In this document: in pieces, positions 9,739 to 18,530 of the stretch
Layout: the number at the start of each line of letters is the position of its first letter
Numbering within the stretch: position 1 is the first letter of the stretch
Source: a virus
Taxonomy: Duplodnaviria > Caudoviricetes
Virus record (IMG/VR): IMGVR_UViG_3300010429_000303
Location: 36,852-100,851 of that record
Reading direction: 5' to 3' (one strand)
Length of the DNA: 64,000 nt
Made by a program: the position numbers and the translations under genes
The notes under the pieces: model-generated
What the model saw: the letters and a program-made list of their open reading frames with translations, nothing else
Databases searched by the model: none
Told to the model about the DNA's origin: nothing

Positions 9739-10630
9739 GGTTTCGGTAGTGACTATAGCCCATAATCGAGCACACCTAATTGGCCATACGATAGAAAGTG
9801 TTAGATCTCAGACACTAGACGATTTTGAATACATTCTGATTGATGATGCTTCTTCCGATGATACCTTAAAGATCATCGAACGTCATGCAAGTCAAGATTC
9901 TCGAATCAGAGTGTTTAAGAATGAAACTATTCTGGGCCAGGCTATAGGGATAAACCGATACCTTTCAGAAATAAAAGGGAGCTATGTTGCCATGCTAGAT
10001 TCGGATGATATTTCTAGACCAGAACGGTTGGCAAAACAAGTTGAATTTTTGGAATCTAATCCAGACTATGGGGCAGTTGGTTGTACGTTTCAACTTATCG
10101 ATCAGCAAGGTTCAGACATCCGGATTGTCAGATACCCTACTTCCCCTATTTTAGCCAAATGGAATCTATTTTTTAGTTGTTCAATAATGAATTCTGCTTT
10201 GATGGTACGAACAGAGCTTCTTAACCAAGTCGGGGGGTATCGCGATTCATTTAGATTTATCTGTGATTATGAACTGGTAACTAGACTGGCTGAGATTACT
10301 AAGATTAGAAGTTTGTTAGACACCTTAGTTGAGTATCGGATTCACCCAAATCAAATGACCCATGTCTTTAACCCACAACAAATCTTTCAGGCTTCTTTAT
10401 TACGGTGTCAACTAAATTCTAGATGGTTGGGGTTGATTCCTAAACTGCATGAACATCGAGATTTCATTGCTGCATTAGGAGAAAAGAAGAACACTGACCG
10501 AACTCTTATCCCACACCATAAAAGTTGGTTAAAGAAGATGGAAACCTCGTTTATAGAACGGTTTAAGGTAGATGGGGATGATCTAGAATTATTAACCCAA
10601 GATGTTGCCAAAAAATTTGCAAGACTCTAA
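9710..10630 (+). CDS. Family 2 glycosyltransferase
   Basis: PKVSVV...HN....I...IESV..QT..DFEYILIDDASSDDT, YVAMLDSDD...PERL.KQ and CDYEL motifs. Start may be 9725. Confidence 0.95.
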   Translation: MESTIMETPKVSVVTIAHNRAHLIGHTIESVRSQTLDDFEYILIDDASSDDTLKIIERHASQDSRIRVFKNETILGQAIGINRYLSEIKGSYVAMLDSDDISRPERLAKQVEFLESNPDYGAVGCTFQLIDQQGSDIRIVRYPTSPILAKWNLFFSCSIMNSALMVRTELLNQVGGYRDSFRFICDYELVTRLAEITKIRSLLDTLVEYRIHPNQMTHVFNPQQIFQASLLRCQLNSRWLGLIPKLHEHRDFIAALGEKKNTDRTLIPHHKSWLKKMETSFIERFKVDGDDLELLTQDVAKKFARL

Positions 10631-10644
10631 CTCAAGGAACTAAC

Positions 10645-11913
10645 ATGCTTTCGTTCAGGCAGTTCTTTAATAACCTCTCAGAAGCCATTCAACAACTGGT
10701 TAAAGATGACTTAGACCAGATTATCAAATCTCCAGGGGAGACATTAGTTCACTTTTCTAATTCAGAAGAGTTCCCTCCTACTTCAAAGAGTAGGGGAACA
10801 ATGACGGCCTATAATGGTGAGTTTGCGGGCTCTAAGATTGGAAAGTCTATAACCAAAGCTAAGGATGCCTTGTTCTTCTGGTTCTTAAAGGATATCTACA
10901 TTCCCCAAACCAACACTAAAAAAATAGCTATTTCTGGATTGTTTAGCAACCGAACTTACCTCTATCTTGCAGACCTACCAACAAACCAATCAGAAATTTT
11001 GAGAGTTTCTAGATATCAAGAATCTCAATTTGTCCGAGATATCACCAACTTAAAGAACAAGGGTTACGATATCTTGGAAACAAATCTTCCCTTAGAGATT
11101 AAAGATAACCTTTTAGACATCTTAGAATTTGGTGATAACGATCAGTTAAGGTTTGAACGACCACAGAATAAGAGTCCTAATTTTAATGACTTAATGTCTA
11201 GTTTATTTCCTGAGTTTGGCCAGGTTACCTTAGGAGGGCCTAAAGTAACACAACTACCTTCTGCAGTGAACACCACTAAACAGGCTATCTTAATTCTTCT
11301 AGCTGCTAAACAAAATCCAGATATTCAAAAACAGTTGGTCTTCCAGAATAATACTCCCTTTAGTGGAAATTTCATTGAACGATACTCTGAGGTAAAGCTA
11401 AAAGGGGGAGGTATTGATGAGGTAAAACTTTCAGAACTCTTATCTGGGTTCCAATTAGATATTCCTAAGACACTTAAGAATCTGGCTAAACTGTCAACAA
11501 CCAAAAGAACTTCTGAAGGGACCAAGGTTTCCCCAGAAGACTACATCAAAGCCATGAATGCGTTTTTAGTTCACTACAATAAGAAGATAGGGGGACAGTT
11601 TGATATAGACAATCCAGCATGGAAACTATGGTTAACCGTACTATTCTTCTCCTTCGATCAAAATGAATCTTGGGTTTCACTCTGGAAAGAATTAGGTTAT
11701 TCTGTCATCATAGATGATGATCCAAACACTCAAATAGTTCCTGGCTTGGAAAAGATGGTGGTAAACAAGTTAAGTCAATATGGCTCTGAAGCAGAGCGAA
11801 TGCTCACCCGAATGGACAACGAAGGAACTCAGATTGTGGTGTTGGATCCTAAGGTGTTGACAAACATTAGAAGATTTAATCTTTCTGAACTACAACCCCC
11901 AGAAGATGATTAG
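10645..11913 (+). CDS. Hypothetical protein, candidate internal head protein
   Basis: Starts MLSFRQFFNNLSEA, resembling the T4 internal-protein capsid-targeting leader MKTYQEFIAE. AAGGAA RBS. Confidence 0.55.
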   Translation: MLSFRQFFNNLSEAIQQLVKDDLDQIIKSPGETLVHFSNSEEFPPTSKSRGTMTAYNGEFAGSKIGKSITKAKDALFFWFLKDIYIPQTNTKKIAISGLFSNRTYLYLADLPTNQSEILRVSRYQESQFVRDITNLKNKGYDILETNLPLEIKDNLLDILEFGDNDQLRFERPQNKSPNFNDLMSSLFPEFGQVTLGGPKVTQLPSAVNTTKQAILILLAAKQNPDIQKQLVFQNNTPFSGNFIERYSEVKLKGGGIDEVKLSELLSGFQLDIPKTLKNLAKLSTTKRTSEGTKVSPEDYIKAMNAFLVHYNKKIGGQFDIDNPAWKLWLTVLFFSFDQNESWVSLWKELGYSVIIDDDPNTQIVPGLEKMVVNKLSQYGSEAERMLTRMDNEGTQIVVLDPKVLTNIRRFNLSELQPPEDD

Positions 11914-12820
11914 GGAAGAAGAGATTGCAGACCTCTTTAATCTCTTGATGGTAATCAGGATGAACAATCAGAGCAAATCCTATCCCACAATTCAGAACTG
12001 TCCTTAGTTCATCTTCCTCCAACTTTCCCTTTTCTTGAATAGTTATGAATAGTGGGGGAAGTGTAGGGATGTCAAGATCTGAAGTAAGGTAAGGTGGAAT
12101 GACTCTAGTCAAATTTCCCAGCAATCCTCCCCCAGTGATATTTGCCCCTACTTTAATCACTGAGGAGAAAGTCTCTTTAAGTCTCTTAACCAAAGGGGCA
12201 TAGAGGTGTGTGGGTCTGAGAAGATCATAAAGTTCATCCCTAGAGAATGGGTTCTGGTCATGAATTTTCCTTATCAAACTGAACCCATTGGCGTGGGGGC
12301 CAGAAGATTCAATCCCTAAAATCATATCGCCTTCTTGAACCCGGTCAGAGCACCAGAGTTCTGATTTAGCTACTTTTCCCACACCAAAGCCAGCAATGTC
12401 AAACACTCCTCTTTGAATCATGTCTGGAAGTTCTGCTGTTTCTCCCCCAATCAGAGAACAACCACATTGTTCACATGCCGCCTTGACTCCTAAGATCAAT
12501 TCAGAAAGATCAAGATCCCCTATCTTATGGACGGCCAGGTAGTCGAGGAGGAAAAGAGGAAGGGCCCCAGTAGTAATGATATCATTCACCACCATGGCTA
12601 CTAAATCTTGTCCTAGTGTGAAAAGATGGTTAGGAAGGTGGTTCTCTAAAACTAGGATTAGTTTAGAGCCTACCCCATCAGTTGAACTCACCCAAACGTC
12701 GTCTCCTTCTTCAAACAGACTGGCAAACCCCCCATCAGTCACTCCATTCTTCTTAAGAGTTTCAACCCAGGTATCGTTCCTTCCCACAGAAACCCCACAG
12801 TCCTGGTAGCTTAGAGACAT
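11876..12820 (-). CDS. purM: Phosphoribosylformylglycinamidine cyclo-ligase (AIR synthetase)
   Basis: SY...GV, STDGVGSK, GQDLVAM.VND....GA.PLF.LDY.A, LIGGETAE.P, SSGPH.NGFSL.RK, ITGGG and N.GIG motifs. Confidence 0.95.
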   Translation of the reverse strand: MSLSYQDCGVSVGRNDTWVETLKKNGVTDGGFASLFEEGDDVWVSSTDGVGSKLILVLENHLPNHLFTLGQDLVAMVVNDIITTGALPLFLLDYLAVHKIGDLDLSELILGVKAACEQCGCSLIGGETAELPDMIQRGVFDIAGFGVGKVAKSELWCSDRVQEGDMILGIESSGPHANGFSLIRKIHDQNPFSRDELYDLLRPTHLYAPLVKRLKETFSSVIKVGANITGGGLLGNLTRVIPPYLTSDLDIPTLPPLFITIQEKGKLEEDELRTVLNCGIGFALIVHPDYHQEIKEVCNLFFPNHLLGVVVQKD

Positions 12821-14604
12821 TCAATCCTCTCTTCACTTGGATAGTGATGGAATCTATGATGTTCTACTGGAGAGGCTAACAAGACACCCCCTAAAATCTC
12901 TCCTCGAATCTGACGTTGGTAGGAATGAGACATGATGGTAGATTCATGGGGGAATCTAAATACGGGGTCTAAGTAAATCTTTCTGGACCCTTCTTGAGTA
13001 AGAAGAATAGGCCAGTTGCAGTAATGAACTAACCCTAGAGCATACGGGAGTTCTTCAAAGGTTCTAATGGATGAGAACCGGGTAAAGGGAATGAAGCTGG
13101 TATCTAACTTCTCGGGTTGTTCGGGAAACAACTCAGGAAGTAGTTCAGCGGGAACATTACACCAAGCCCAGGCCTTATCATTGTTACCAAAGAATTCAGA
13201 AAAGTTAAGTTTTAAGAAATCCAAGTTCTCTAAGGCTAGAATAGATAAAGATTTTCTAAGTAGACCAGGAATATACCGTTGAAATCCAGACCGACAAGGG
13301 GGAGTGTGTTTACCACAAAGGCCCATATCATCTTCAAAGAAGATCATAGTCTGAAACTCTGGGTGTTTAGCAAAATCTTCAGCTACCCACTGTCTTCCTG
13401 AACAAATCCCTAGATTACCATAAGATTCTACCCGGAAGCCAAACTCCTTAGCAATCTCTAAATTCTCCTTTTTAGCTTCTTCAGAAGTAGAGTTGTCTAA
13501 CAGTGTCCATGAAGGTTTTCCAAAGAATTCTGGGTATGCAGATTTTATAGTTGTTAAAGTGTGTCGTAACTGTTCGGGAAAGTTAAATGTCATACAGTAG
13601 ACCGCTAACGAAGAAATAGGATCTCTCCTGGCTAAAGGTCGTTGAATCTCCATTTTAGGTTCTGGGGGAGATTCAAGTACACTCGTTTCCTCCTTATGGC
13701 CCAATGTGGTGACTACGATATCCTGGGTAAACGGGATCTTAGGTCTGATAGAACTGACATCCACGAATGACCCTACCCCTGTTTTTACTGCTTCACAGAA
13801 GTTAGAGATCATCCCGTATTCTTGAAGCATAAACAGATTGATATCCATGGGGTATCGGTAGCCCAATACAGTAAATAAAGACTCCTCTGTCCCTAAGAAC
13901 CCAGCATGAAGCGTAGAGGCTAGTAGACTGTAATAGAGAGAATTAAACTTCTGAATGGTTTCTTTATTGCCCCCAAACATTCCTCCTCGACAGACAAATT
14001 CTACATTAGGAACTTCACAATACTTATTCAAGGCAGATCGATTAAAGCCGTGAATCTCAGGTCCAGTAGCATAAGGAAAAGCTAGGAACAAGAAAGGATC
14101 CAGGAATGTCTCTAACTTATGAAGAATCTTATCGTGGGAAAAGTAGCCTTTATGAACGGTGTTTGTGATCCCAGCGTCTAACCACAGGAAGTACTCAGTA
14201 TTAAAAGGATTCGTGATAGAGGCATCTGACATCATGAACATCTTAGCCAAGACAAAAGGTAGATAAAGATCTAATTTAGCCTGGGGGGATTCTTCCAACC
14301 AGGAGGCCTGTTTAGCCCACTCAGGTCTCTCTCGAAGGTGCTTTACTAGAGTGGAGAACTCAAACCAGTCTCTAAATTGTTGAGAACTTCGTTCTAGGAT
14401 CTGGGTGTTCTCTTCCTTCCTGGTTTCCTTGATTAGAGGAACTACTTTGTTCTCAGTAAAGATGATCATTGGAAGGTCAGCCGTACTTTCCAATAACTCC
14501 TTAAATTTATCTAGGTAGAATTGAAAGTCCCTACTGAAGGAGGAATCTAATTTATCCCTCCCCATATCATACAACCCGGTAACTAAGGTAATGTTCGGTT
14601 TCAT
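12811..14604 (-). CDS. HtrL/YibB (WlaTC)-family glycosyltransferase-like domain fused to GT-A-like domain
   Basis: TLVTGLYD.GR...R.F.FYL..F, K.F....A...NPFNTEYF.W.DAG, GG.FGG and GTEES.F motifs. C-terminal half has LLDNS and FFEDD GT-A motifs. Confidence 0.75.
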   Translation of the reverse strand: MKPNITLVTGLYDMGRDKLDSSFSRDFQFYLDKFKELLESTADLPMIIFTENKVVPLIKETRKEENTQILERSSQQFRDWFEFSTLVKHLRERPEWAKQASWLEESPQAKLDLYLPFVLAKMFMMSDASITNPFNTEYFLWLDAGITNTVHKGYFSHDKILHKLETFLDPFLFLAFPYATGPEIHGFNRSALNKYCEVPNVEFVCRGGMFGGNKETIQKFNSLYYSLLASTLHAGFLGTEESLFTVLGYRYPMDINLFMLQEYGMISNFCEAVKTGVGSFVDVSSIRPKIPFTQDIVVTTLGHKEETSVLESPPEPKMEIQRPLARRDPISSLAVYCMTFNFPEQLRHTLTTIKSAYPEFFGKPSWTLLDNSTSEEAKKENLEIAKEFGFRVESYGNLGICSGRQWVAEDFAKHPEFQTMIFFEDDMGLCGKHTPPCRSGFQRYIPGLLRKSLSILALENLDFLKLNFSEFFGNNDKAWAWCNVPAELLPELFPEQPEKLDTSFIPFTRFSSIRTFEELPYALGLVHYCNWPILLTQEGSRKIYLDPVFRFPHESTIMSHSYQRQIRGEILGGVLLASPVEHHRFHHYPSEERIECL

Positions 14605-14613
14605 TCTGGACCT

Positions 14614-15903
14614 TTAAGAAATGGTGTCAATGAGTTTGCCTTCTAAAGGGGAAGGACTCCACCCTTGAGACCTGGAATGTGGCCAAACTACCCAAGTGGT
14701 AGGGAGACATGGCATGTGGAACTCCCTCCATAGGTTTATCCAATCCTTTGTTTCTAACGTTCGATAGAATGAAGAAATCTCAGAATCTACAGCATCCTTT
14801 CTGAATATTTCATTCCCCTGGGCATCCTTAAAGATAACGGCAAAGAAGTCGTAATCTCTTAGGGGAAGTTGAGATTTATGAATGTCAATACAGTGTCTAA
14901 AGATAGGCTCAAATGACTTGTTATATTCATCTTCAGAAGTCCACTGATCATTTGGGTTTGGTGGAGGTTTATGGTCTAAAGTCCACCGTTGTACTGACCT
15001 ATCCTTGAATCTAATTCCAGCAAACTTTTCATATTCGGCCAATGATCTTACTGGACCAAGACCATACCTCCCGAAATCAATGTCATTTTTGATTCCATCC
15101 ATACCAAACAACTTTCTATGACGTTCATGAGACTTCTTGTTCAACTCTACCCAACGGTTATTGTTATCCCAAACCTTTAACCCCTTTCGATAATCCCGGG
15201 TATACTCATGGAATGCAATCTGTTTATTTGGGCAAAACAGGTCATATCCCCAAGTCCAAGACCTCACTGAAAGAGAACTTTCTTCCCCATGAAAGAAGAG
15301 ATTAGGATCATAAGGGACTTCTTTGACATAGGAGCCAGGGGCAAAGACAAAGTGTCCGGAGAAGTACCTTGACAGGAGAGGAGATTTCATCTCTTCTTCA
15401 GTCATAGAGGAGGGGAGAATAAAGAAAGGGGATTCGGGGATGAACCTATCCCAGTCTAACCGCCAACATTCTGGGGCTCGCCCTTCTGGATCATTGAATG
15501 GATTATAGGAGGGTAAATAGGTAGTCAATACTGGCTTGGAGTAACCAGAGGCTTGAAGTTCTTTTATCATCTCAATACAGAGACTATCCCAGTGTTTTAC
15601 AAACCTGTGGTGGGAATCTAATTGGAGATACCAATCTTCATCAGTAAACCTATCTTGAATAGTAGCCCTAGCCCAACACGTCCCTTTAGTTTGGTCATAG
15701 GGAATTTCTAAGATAGTAAATCTGGGATCACTTTTATACTCGTTAAGTTGATCAACCTCAAAAGGTTCTTCAGTTCCATTCTGAAGAAAGATAGTAAGAT
15801 GAAGATTATCAGGATTCTTAGCATTGGTCAAAAGAGACTTTAAGGTAGGGATGAGTTCTGGGTCTCTGAAAGAAGCTATAGAGCAAAAGATTTTGTCAGA
15901 CAT
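14614..15903 (-). CDS. GT60-like polypeptide/Skp1-Hyp alpha-GlcNAc transferase (Pfam GlcNAc family)
   Basis: IF.SIAS.RDPEL..TL..L...A.NP..L, KG.CWAR...Q, YLQLDSH.RF..HWD, LT.Y.P.Y, F.GHF.F, EVPYDP...F.GEE..L..R.WT.GYD and H.Y.R motifs. Confidence 0.85.
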   Translation of the reverse strand: MSDKIFCSIASFRDPELIPTLKSLLTNAKNPDNLHLTIFLQNGTEEPFEVDQLNEYKSDPRFTILEIPYDQTKGTCWARATIQDRFTDEDWYLQLDSHHRFVKHWDSLCIEMIKELQASGYSKPVLTTYLPSYNPFNDPEGRAPECWRLDWDRFIPESPFFILPSSMTEEEMKSPLLSRYFSGHFVFAPGSYVKEVPYDPNLFFHGEESSLSVRSWTWGYDLFCPNKQIAFHEYTRDYRKGLKVWDNNNRWVELNKKSHERHRKLFGMDGIKNDIDFGRYGLGPVRSLAEYEKFAGIRFKDRSVQRWTLDHKPPPNPNDQWTSEDEYNKSFEPIFRHCIDIHKSQLPLRDYDFFAVIFKDAQGNEIFRKDAVDSEISSFYRTLETKDWINLWREFHMPCLPTTWVVWPHSRSQGWSPSPLEGKLIDTIS

Positions 15904-15929
15904 TTGGACTCCTAGGGGTTCAATTTTGA

Positions 15930-15938
15930 CTATTTAGT
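15930..15938 (-). promoter_or_regulatory. Late-promoter motif ACTAAATAG upstream of the GT60-HtrL-purM operon
   Basis: CTATTTAGT on the + strand, about 27 nt upstream of the ATG at 15903, with an AGGAG RBS between them. Same 9-mer as at 2035, 2057 and 56452. Confidence 0.7.
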
Positions 15939-15983
15939 AGAGAAAGCACGCTAATGCAAAAATTTGATCTCTTGCAGCTCAAC

Positions 15984-16009
15984 ACAGGGGTGTGACGTCG
16001 CACCCCTGT
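15984..16009. other. 26-bp near-perfect palindrome (terminator-like hairpin or operator)
   Basis: ACAGGGGTGTGAC|GTCGCACCCCTGT with one T/G mismatch. GC-rich element in the AT-rich divergent intergenic gap. Confidence 0.6.
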
Positions 16010-16041
16010 TGAACTATTTTTCTAGGAACCCGAAAAATCAC

Positions 16042-16070
16042 TTGAACTTATCCTCAAAATCCGTTATTAT
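16042..16070 (+). promoter_or_regulatory. Sigma70-like (early) promoter
   Basis: TTGAAC-N17-TATTAT with an upstream A-tract, about 34 nt before the GAGGA-preceded ATG at 16104. Confidence 0.6.
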
Positions 16071-16103
16071 TCTTTTTGTGAACTAAACAACGAGGATTTA
16101 AAG

Positions 16104-16301
16104 ATGACCAAAATCGAGCTCCTAGCCAAACTTCGGGACAATGTCGAAAGCACCGAAACCCGTCCAGATGGGTCTAAGTGGGGCGAAGTCTACCTCCCGA
16201 ACGTGGGGAGTGGTCATAAGTTTGCTGGGTTGTTGTCCACGTTAGCCAAAGATGGGATGTACGAACAGCAGGATCAGACGTTTGGTCTAGTTAAGCTTTA
16301 A
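16104..16301 (+). CDS. Small hypothetical (putative early) protein
   Basis: GAGGA RBS; first gene after the sigma70-like promoter. Confidence 0.7.
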   Translation: MTKIELLAKLRDNVESTETRPDGSKWGEVYLPNVGSGHKFAGLLSTLAKDGMYEQQDQTFGLVKL

Positions 16302-16313
16302 GGAGAGACTGAG

Positions 16314-16598
16314 ATGTCTACTCAGAAGAAAGTGATCTCCATGGCTAATCGACTGTTTGCTGCCAATGAAGTCGTCTATCGAAACCTGTTCTCAATGATC
16401 ATTACATCTGGTAGACGACGAACTCACACTTTTCATAACCTAACCCATCAAACTCCAGAACTTTTGCCTAAAATTTGTTCGGAATTGACTACGATGTTTC
16501 TGACAGAGAACATAGATTATAAGGTGTCAATGAGAATGAATGAAGTTGATCGTAAATCTTTAAAGACTGTTCACTCCTTAGTCATCACTCCTAACTGA
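16314..16598 (+). CDS. Small hypothetical protein
   Basis: AAGGAG RBS; operon packing. Confidence 0.7.
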   Translation: MSTQKKVISMANRLFAANEVVYRNLFSMIITSGRRRTHTFHNLTHQTPELLPKICSELTTMFLTENIDYKVSMRMNEVDRKSLKTVHSLVITPN

Positions 16599-16614
16599 TT
16601 GAAGGAAATTTAAA

Positions 16615-16878
16615 ATGGCTACGATTACTCAGATTGTTGAAGAATCCTTTAAGAACTCTTCATTGGCCCAGATCTCCACGACTAAATTGGTGGAGGGGAT
16701 TAAGATTATTCACAAGGAACGTAGCATTTTCATTCCGATGGGACTGGCAAACAAATTGGAAAAGGTGCGTAAAATCAGCAACCATAAGGATAAGATTACC
16801 TTCTTTACCGATTCTGATAAGTTGGTTCTCCGGACTATTGATCTTAAGCACCATGTAACCCTGTTTAAGATTCTTTAA
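16615..16878 (+). CDS. Small hypothetical protein
   Basis: AAGGAA RBS; operon packing. Confidence 0.7.
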   Translation: MATITQIVEESFKNSSLAQISTTKLVEGIKIIHKERSIFIPMGLANKLEKVRKISNHKDKITFFTDSDKLVLRTIDLKHHVTLFKIL

Positions 16879-16881
16879 GGA

Positions 16882-17472
16882 CTAGAAAATCTCCATGCTA
16901 GGTCTAAACTGCCTTAGTTGCATCAATAGTTTATAATCAGAAGAGTGATCTATCCTGGAAGTATTTTCCTCTTGACCAAGGAGATCTAACCTTCGTTGAA
17001 ATCTGATATGTTTCAATTGAATGTTAATGAACGGTTTCTTGGTATGCTCTAACCAGAGAGTTCTGAGTTGAGTACAGATAAGCTGACGGTAAGTAACCTT
17101 CTCCTTTTCTGAAAGACTCTTAGCAAAGAGTACCAGATTGGTAATCAGGGTAGTCTTAAACTTCTGGAGAAACTGGTTCTCCTTCATATCAGTGGTTACC
17201 AGGAGATTAAGATCCAAGCCAAACAGTCCAGGAATGTGGTTATTCCCAAGGGGAATTAGATACCTATACCCCATCTTGTCCACCAAGGAAATGGGGATTA
17301 AGATTGGGGTATGATCTATCAGTGTTCCCGGCTTTACTACTTCAGGGGCTTGAACTATTAGATAGAGACATTGAACTTCAAGAGATCCATTCTCCTGAAA
17401 TACTAAAGGTTCTATAATGCCCAGTTGCTTCTTGATATGTTGAACAACTGGGCTAACAGTCCTAGAAGGCAA
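16882..17472 (-). CDS. Hypothetical protein
   Basis: 196 aa ORF overlapping the end of the upstream minus-strand gene. No family recognised. Confidence 0.55.
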   Translation of the reverse strand: MPSRTVSPVVQHIKKQLGIIEPLVFQENGSLEVQCLYLIVQAPEVVKPGTLIDHTPILIPISLVDKMGYRYLIPLGNNHIPGLFGLDLNLLVTTDMKENQFLQKFKTTLITNLVLFAKSLSEKEKVTYRQLICTQLRTLWLEHTKKPFINIQLKHIRFQRRLDLLGQEENTSRIDHSSDYKLLMQLRQFRPSMEIF

Positions 17473-17941
17473 CTACGGTCTCCACTTTTTTCTTCCGCCC
17501 ACGCTTCTTGGGAACGGCTACTACTTTCTCTTCTACACCCACCTCTTCCTGCACCAACTCTTCCCCTGCTGATTCCTCTTTCTCTTCCACTTCAGCAACA
17601 ACCGCTTCCTGAACCAGCTCTTCCCCTACTACTTCTTCAGGCACTTCTGCAACAACCTCCTCCTTGGGTTCAGTCTTAATCCCTTTAAGAGTTACCAACT
17701 GGGCTTCTGCTTCTGCCTTATCTTCAGATTCAAATACCAATTCCATTGTAAGTTCAGGAAACTCTTTCTGACTCTCTGTCAGATAACGAACCAGAGGGGA
17801 GTTTACTGGGATTTTACTTGGATTCTTAATAGAATTTTGAAATAAATAGTCTAGGTACTTAAGATTTTTCTTGATATCCTTAGACAAGATATAATGGACA
17901 AACTCTGAGGATGGGTCCGAAAACTTATAAATTTGATTCAT
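17462..17941 (-). CDS. Glu/Val-rich protein with C-terminal AT-hook-like motif
   Basis: Acidic tract with duplicated GEELVQE, ending PKKRGRKKK. Confidence 0.65.
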   Translation of the reverse strand: MNQIYKFSDPSSEFVHYILSKDIKKNLKYLDYLFQNSIKNPSKIPVNSPLVRYLTESQKEFPELTMELVFESEDKAEAEAQLVTLKGIKTEPKEEVVAEVPEEVVGEELVQEAVVAEVEEKEESAGEELVQEEVGVEEKVVAVPKKRGRKKKVETVVAF

Positions 17942-17962
17942 TGGGTTGACTCCAAAAAAATA

Positions 17963-18526
17963 ATGACAACAATTTTAGGGATAGACTTCTCACTCACTTC
18001 CCCGGCGTATACGCTTCTGTCTGATACCCAGGCAACATGCTATTGTGTCTCTTCAGTGAAACAGACGATAGATGTTCTGGTTTCACCTAATATGCGTATA
18101 GTTATTTATCCCCTCGAAAAACACTTCACCTCCCACTTTGAAAGAATGGAGTATCTGGCTAGGCTGCCTTGCTCGTTAGCCCAAGAATGTAATGCAGTTG
18201 CCATTGAGGACTACTCGTTTGGGTCGGTTGGCATGGTATTCAGCATTGCAGAAATAACCGGGTTTGTGAAGTATAAGCTCTGGGAAATGGGTAAATCCCC
18301 ATATCTGATATCCCCTACCGCAGTAAAGAAGTGGGCTACTGGCAAGGGAAATGCCAAGAAGGAAGCCATGATTTTAGCATTCCAAGAAAAGACAGGAATA
18401 AATCTTATGGAAAGTTTACCACTAAATAAACAGAAACCATTTACATCCCCCATTTCTGATATTGTAGATTCTTACCATATAGCGTGTTTTTACCGCCAAA
18501 TCCTGTCAGAGACCACCTTAGGATAG
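17963..18526 (+). CDS. ruvC: RuvC-like Holliday junction resolvase
   Basis: ILGIDFS, VAIEDYS, AE..G..K, P..VKK.ATGKGNAKK..M and D..DS motifs. The ATG at 17963 is preferred over 17933 because it avoids overlap with the divergent gene. Confidence 0.9.
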   Translation: MTTILGIDFSLTSPAYTLLSDTQATCYCVSSVKQTIDVLVSPNMRIVIYPLEKHFTSHFERMEYLARLPCSLAQECNAVAIEDYSFGSVGMVFSIAEITGFVKYKLWEMGKSPYLISPTAVKKWATGKGNAKKEAMILAFQEKTGINLMESLPLNKQKPFTSPISDIVDSYHIACFYRQILSETTLG

Positions 18527-18530
18527 AACT

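Noticed and set aside
17963-18526. RuvC domain as Cas12/TnpB effector
   Set aside because: It is a short stand-alone resolvase with the GKGNA.K motif. There is no zinc finger, guide array or IS context.
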